Shown: positions 59,181-64,000 of the stretch, piece by piece
Layout: the number at the start of each line of letters is the position of its first letter
Numbering within the stretch: position 1 is the stretch's first letter
DNA from: Octopus sinensis
Taxonomy: Eukaryota
Assembly: GCF_006345805.1 (NCBI RefSeq)
Contig: NC_042999.1
Location: 61,566,001 to 61,630,000, forward strand
Length of the DNA stretch: 64,000 nt
Direction of reading: 5' to 3'
Notes under the pieces: generated by a model
Told to the model about the DNA's origin: nothing
Databases searched by the model: none
The model's input: the letters and a program-made list of their open reading frames with translations, nothing else
Translations under genes and position numbers: made by a program

Positions 59181-60091
59181 TTAATACATTTTATCATTAT
59201 GGTTCATTCAAAACTATGCGTTCTTGTCCATGGTAGCTGCCCGGAGGCCTTCCCTGCAAGAAAACTATAAAACTACCAGTAAAGTAGGCGCCAGTATATT
59301 TGATAGAGTAAGACAATGCTTTATAAGTATTTAAGATAACTTCCTCGAGTCAGAAGAAATCATTTCCTAAATGATTTTTTCGAGTTTAAACATTCTAGCT
59401 ACTTCTGATTAATTAGACCTCATCGGTAAGATGCAAAACCTCGACTGTTCAATTTTAGATGGACTAGAAAAATATAACTTTCTTTAAAGCTAGTCTTTAA
59501 AGACAACACCTTCCAGAGATTGTATTATCGACACTGTCCAAAGGTAATAAACAACTGATCTTATGGGAATTATCTCTCTTGTTTGAGGTATTCTTTATAT
59601 TTTAAACACATGTCCGTGAGATATCGTATCCAGTATTGCTTGAGAAAACTCAGATAATCTATGTTTTTCCACTCATTATATTACTTTAAATTACGTATAC
59701 GAGGCCTTACTGCTGCAACACATCCAAGTCATTTTTCTCAGCAGTATTTTCCATCTATATATAATTAGCATCACTACACTTTCTCTATTTGTATATACCA
59801 TGGCATCGACCAGAGTGTCGTATGTTGCTAAACTGGTCTGCTCACAATACGCTTCGAATTTTTTGCTTTCGAATGATGGACGGGTGAGCAGACCTATATA
59901 TGGGTGCATATGTGTGTGTGTGTGCACGCGCGTGTATGTGCGTGTGTCTGTGTGTATGTCTGTGCATGTGTGAATTTTGACCTATAAACGTACGCGCATA
60001 CAAACGTGTCTGTGTGTATGTATATATATTTATATACGTGTATATATATATGTATATGTATATCTTATATATATACATATGTATTATATAT

Positions 60092-60143
<52 letters not shown>

Positions 60144-60145
60144 AT

Positions 60146-60770
60146 AAAACATTATTGGTGAATTGAAGAAATGGAGCTGAACGCAGATTGAACAGAAATC
60201 GTTTTATTTCATTCTACACGTGTTTCGAAAGGCACAAATTACCAAAATCCGATTGAATAATGGGACCATATTGTGTCTTTCTCTTCAGGAAGAAAAAAGG
60301 AAATCCGTTATAGAAACAAAAACAGAACAGAGGCGGAGCAAAAACCAAATCGAACTATGCTCCTAAGAACCCATGGCGAGTTTCGCCATGGGCTCTTAGG
60401 AGCATAGTTCGATTTGGTTTTTGCTCCGCCTCTGTTCTGTTTTGTTTCTATAACGGATTTCCTTTTTTCTTCCTGAAGAGAAAGACACAATATGGTCCCA
60501 TTATTCAATCGGATTTTGGTAATTTGTGCCTTTCGAAACACGTGTAGAATGAAATAAAACGATTTCTGTTCAATCTGCGTTCAGCTCCATTTCTTCAATT
60601 CACCAATAATGTTTTTATTTCAATTATCCGCACCAACGCACGGTTGCAACGCCAGATGGTTGTACCTCCAACCGTGCTGTTTACTGCTGTGATTTTGCTA
60701 CTAAGGTATCGGTTAACTTTTGATTAATCTACAACAAGATTATTCATCTTTCTATTTCACATAATATATA
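60146..60770. mobile_element. Near-perfect fold-back (arms of about 234 bp, 60146-60379 / 60383-60616) plus a tail of about 150 bp, in (TA)n
   Basis: 3-nt loop GTT at 60380-60382; by eye I see only one mismatch between the arms. Confidence 0.9.
60467..60553 (+). ncRNA. Type I hammerhead ribozyme motif with a long stem II (mirror copy on minus at about 60209-60295)
   Basis: TTCTTC CTGAAGA GAAAGACACAA...TTGTGCCTTTC GAAAC ACGT GTA GAATGAA: canonical core, G10.1-C11.1 pair, 10 of 11 bp in stem II, palindromic ACACGTGT, GUA triplet. Confidence 0.8.
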
Positions 60771-60809
60771 TATATATATATATATACATACATATATATA
60801 TATATGTAC

Positions 60810-60930
<121 letters not shown>

Positions 60931-60989
60931 AATAATATAATATAAATATATGCATATATACATACATATATGTACATACCTACATATAT

Positions 60990-61179
60990 ATGTAGGAGTA
61001 GCTGAAACAGGGACAACAGATGAACGGAGAGAGTGTTCTTTATGTTGCATGTCTCGTTCCTCTGTTTTTTTTGTTTTTCGGTGTTCGAAGGATGGTTCGT
61101 TTTCTATGTTTTTGTTTTTATGTTTTCGTTTCTCATTGGGCCTGCATTTTTTTTGTCCTGTACCCATATATGCATGTAT

Positions 61180-61210
<31 letters not shown>

Positions 61211-61490
61211 ATAACAATTTAATAAATATAACATATGCATACATACATACATATATGTGCATACCTACATCTATATGTATATATACATGCATATATATAT
61301 ATATATATGAGTACAGGACACCACAAATAAACGTAGAACACAACTAGAAACGAAAACATAAAAACAAACAAGGAAACGGACTTTTTTTAACAACGAAAAA
61401 ACAGAGTACAAGACAAACAATACAAGGAATATTCCTCTTCATCAGCTGCCCCTGGTTCGACTCAATGCGTCTTTCGAAGGTAAGGGCAGA
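60990..61490. mobile_element. Two family D repeats, tail to tail (60990-61170 plus; 61310-61490 minus)
   Basis: Both match 8212-8385. Confidence 0.6.
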
Positions 61491-61765
61491 TTTCTGGCTC
61501 TATATAAAATATACTCTGCCTCATCAGTGAGAAATTCGGATCTGAGATTATCCAAACAGTTTTTGCTAATTTAATTATCTTTTTGTCTTTTCACCTTGTG
61601 CTCTACGAATATATACAGTAGTTTTGACTGCTCTCTCTAACATGGTGGTATCTCTTAGATACCCTTAATTATAATTTTAATAATAATTAATACCTATAAT
61701 ATTTTTTTATTCCCATGCCGGTCACTTGATATGATCGGTATTTTAAATAACGACCGTATTCTTAT
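61490..61765. mobile_element. Element with an HHR split across a 5' inversion, ending in (TA)n
   Basis: Minus 61490-61531: CTCA CTGATGA GGC...GCC A GAAAT. Plus 61531-61546: GAAAT TCGG ATC TGAG. Confidence 0.55.
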
Positions 61766-61769
61766 ATAC

Positions 61770-61860
<91 letters not shown>

Positions 61861-61922
61861 CAAAATAAGCAACAAGAATATCGTCGGTAATTTGGTACGA
61901 TCGTTATATATGTGTATATATA

Positions 61923-61978
<56 letters not shown>

Positions 61979-62870
61979 TAGACTCACATACATATATATA
62001 CATATATATATATATAGGGAGAGAGAGGAAGAGAGAGCACCTTCAATCTCAGAGTGACGGTTAGGCTATCCTTCACAGATGAGTCTTGCATTGTTTCTAA
62101 TGATCAAACTCACCACTCTCTTTGTAACTTATATTTTCTGTTAATTGCTTAACACTTAATGATTTAATGCTGTTTTGTACTCGCTCTGTTTTTTAAACTG
62201 GATTAGATAATGTCTCATCACTATGAATGAATTTAATTATTTACAATGTCTCGGCTTAGTACAATTATACTTTCCCGCCCTACTTACTGTTAACTTTTAA
62301 TGGAATAGCCCTGCACATTAATGCTCTTACGATTCTCTTATAAAGCTCTGAAAATATTTCAAGCACAAATAATTTAAGCTGTGAAAAAGAGGACATTTCG
62401 TCCATTAGGCGTAGGAAATATAATATGAATAGTAAAGGAGAAATGGTTTTTATAGAGTAGACATAATCAGGTCAAACATCATGTAAATAATTATAAGATA
62501 CTCTGTTCTTAGTTATTGACGATCAAATATTACTCATCTGTTCTCATCATCGTCGTCGCTGTAATCACTCCGTATCGCCGTCACCGCTGCGCCGCCGTCG
62601 ACGTCCTTTTCGCTCTCACCATATTTCTCCTGTTTCCTCCACAGCTTCGTCGGCTCATTGTCATCATCGTCGTCGTTGTTGCAGATCCATTGTAAATGAT
62701 TCCGGCAAAACGTTTTTGTCTTTATTGCATGCATATTTTATTTCTTGCTTTTTCGATGGAGTGACAAGCCTTCTACAGAAAATTTGAAATACCACTGGAA
62801 CCATCCAAGAACTGTCGAATGTGCTGCGCAAGACAAAGTAACTATCGTAAAGAGAACTAGAGGGCTTTTA

Positions 62871-62901
<31 letters not shown>

Positions 62902-63234
62902 TTCAGATGAATATGGTACTTAATTTGAAGCACCAGAATTTAATACGGTATTATCCATACAATTTGAAAGTAAGATGATTAAAATCAAAATAAGCAACAC
63001 GGATATCCAGAGGTAATGCAGTACGATCGTTGCATGCAATTCCATCTAATTGAACAAGGAAATTATTACATCAATTTAAAATGTAGACCAATTTTCAGCT
63101 GCACAAAGACATAGAATTTAATTAAATTAGAACAGATGGACACATTAGTATAATTATACCTAAAATCTCCAAGAAGTTAAGGAGATAGAAAAAAAAAAAC
63201 AGGTTGCCTCTACTTCAGCATAGAAGTAACTAAA

Positions 63235-63412
63235 ATTATCAAGAAGATTCTACCTGTCACTGTTTTTTTGTTTTTATGGAGTTAGTTTTAATTTATAGAC
63301 TAGTTTATCAAATCCCTTAGACATACAAGGTATTTGATAAACTAGTCTATAAATTAATACTGACCCCATCAAAACAATAAAAAAAAGGTGACAGGCAGAA
63401 TCTTCATGATAA
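63235..63412. repeat. Imperfect palindrome (arms about 85 bp)
   Basis: taatttatagactagtttatcaaat / atttgataaactagtctataaatta and gaagattctacctgtcac / gtgacaggcagaatcttc. Confidence 0.85.
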
Positions 63413-63424
63413 GGACAGACAAAG

Positions 63425-63767
63425 GTATTCATTGATTACATGGACCCCAATGCGTAACTGGTACTTAATTTATTGACCCCGAAAGGATGAAAGGCAAAGT
63501 CGACCTCGGCGGAATTTGAACTCAGAACGTAACGGCAGACGAAATACCTATTTCTTTACTACCCACAAGGGGCTAAACACAGAGAGGACAAACAAGAACA
63601 GACAAACAGATTAAGTTGATTTTATCGACCCCAGTGCGTAACTGGTACTTAATTTATCGACCCGGATAGGATGAAAGGCAAAGTCGACCTCGGCGGAATT
63701 TGAACTCAGAACGTAACGGTAGACGAAATACGGCTACGCATTTTGCCCGGCGTGCCAGCTCACCGCC
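63425..63767 (-). mobile_element. Two tandem or nested SINE family B copies
   Basis: gatgaaaggcaaagtcgacctcggcggaatttgaactcagaacg occurs twice. Confidence 0.85.
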
Positions 63768-64000
63768 TGATAGTGCATAAATATTCACACACTTGCTCTA
63801 TTGTTATTGGTAAATATATGAGTGCCTGTCTTTTCTGAATAATGGATTCTTAGACGATAGATGTTTATGAAGAAATACAGATGTATTTGAGCTAACGAAT
63901 TGTCAGAACACAGTAAACTTTCCCTGAAGCAAATAGCGATGCATAATTTAGGCCGATATTAAATAATATTTTTTTTAAGTAGTAATTTACAGACGAAGAA

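Noticed and set aside
59691-59927. 78-aa minus ORF
   Set aside because: Starts in a microsatellite and has no recognisable domain.
62534-62734. GC-rich acidic 66-aa minus ORF, possible exon
   Set aside because: Short and low complexity (GAC/GAT repeats), with no homology or splice support.

Overview
AT-rich, repeat-saturated animal genomic DNA with no host protein-coding gene that I can support. The SINE repertoire and the dense (TA)n, (TAA)n and (GATA)n arrays suggest an octopus or other cephalopod; this is inference from recognition, not a search. Contents: (i) many copies of three tRNA-derived SINE families; (ii) decayed non-LTR retrotransposons: two CR1/L2-type RT 3' fragments, one RTE-type, L1/Tx1-type ORF1 and endonuclease pieces, and a cluster of R4/Dong-type fragments in (TAA)n arrays at about 30.5-43.4 kb; (iii) a mariner remnant, a Tc1-type fold-back and two non-autonomous Helitrons; (iv) a tandem duplication of about 0.93 kb. 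The most striking signal is non-coding. Several unrelated short elements, mostly sitting in (TA)n microsatellites, form long fold-back palindromes (arms about 60-270 bp), and many carry type I hammerhead ribozyme (HHR) motifs: CUGANGA, stem II, GAAA, palindromic stem III, GUH. One family (22.1 kb and 54.8 kb) shows base-pair covariation between copies and a circularly permuted monomer of about 320-350 nt. This fits a Penelope-associated or retrozyme-like system of self-cleaving RNA mobile elements. Most ORFs in the track are microsatellite read-through artefacts.
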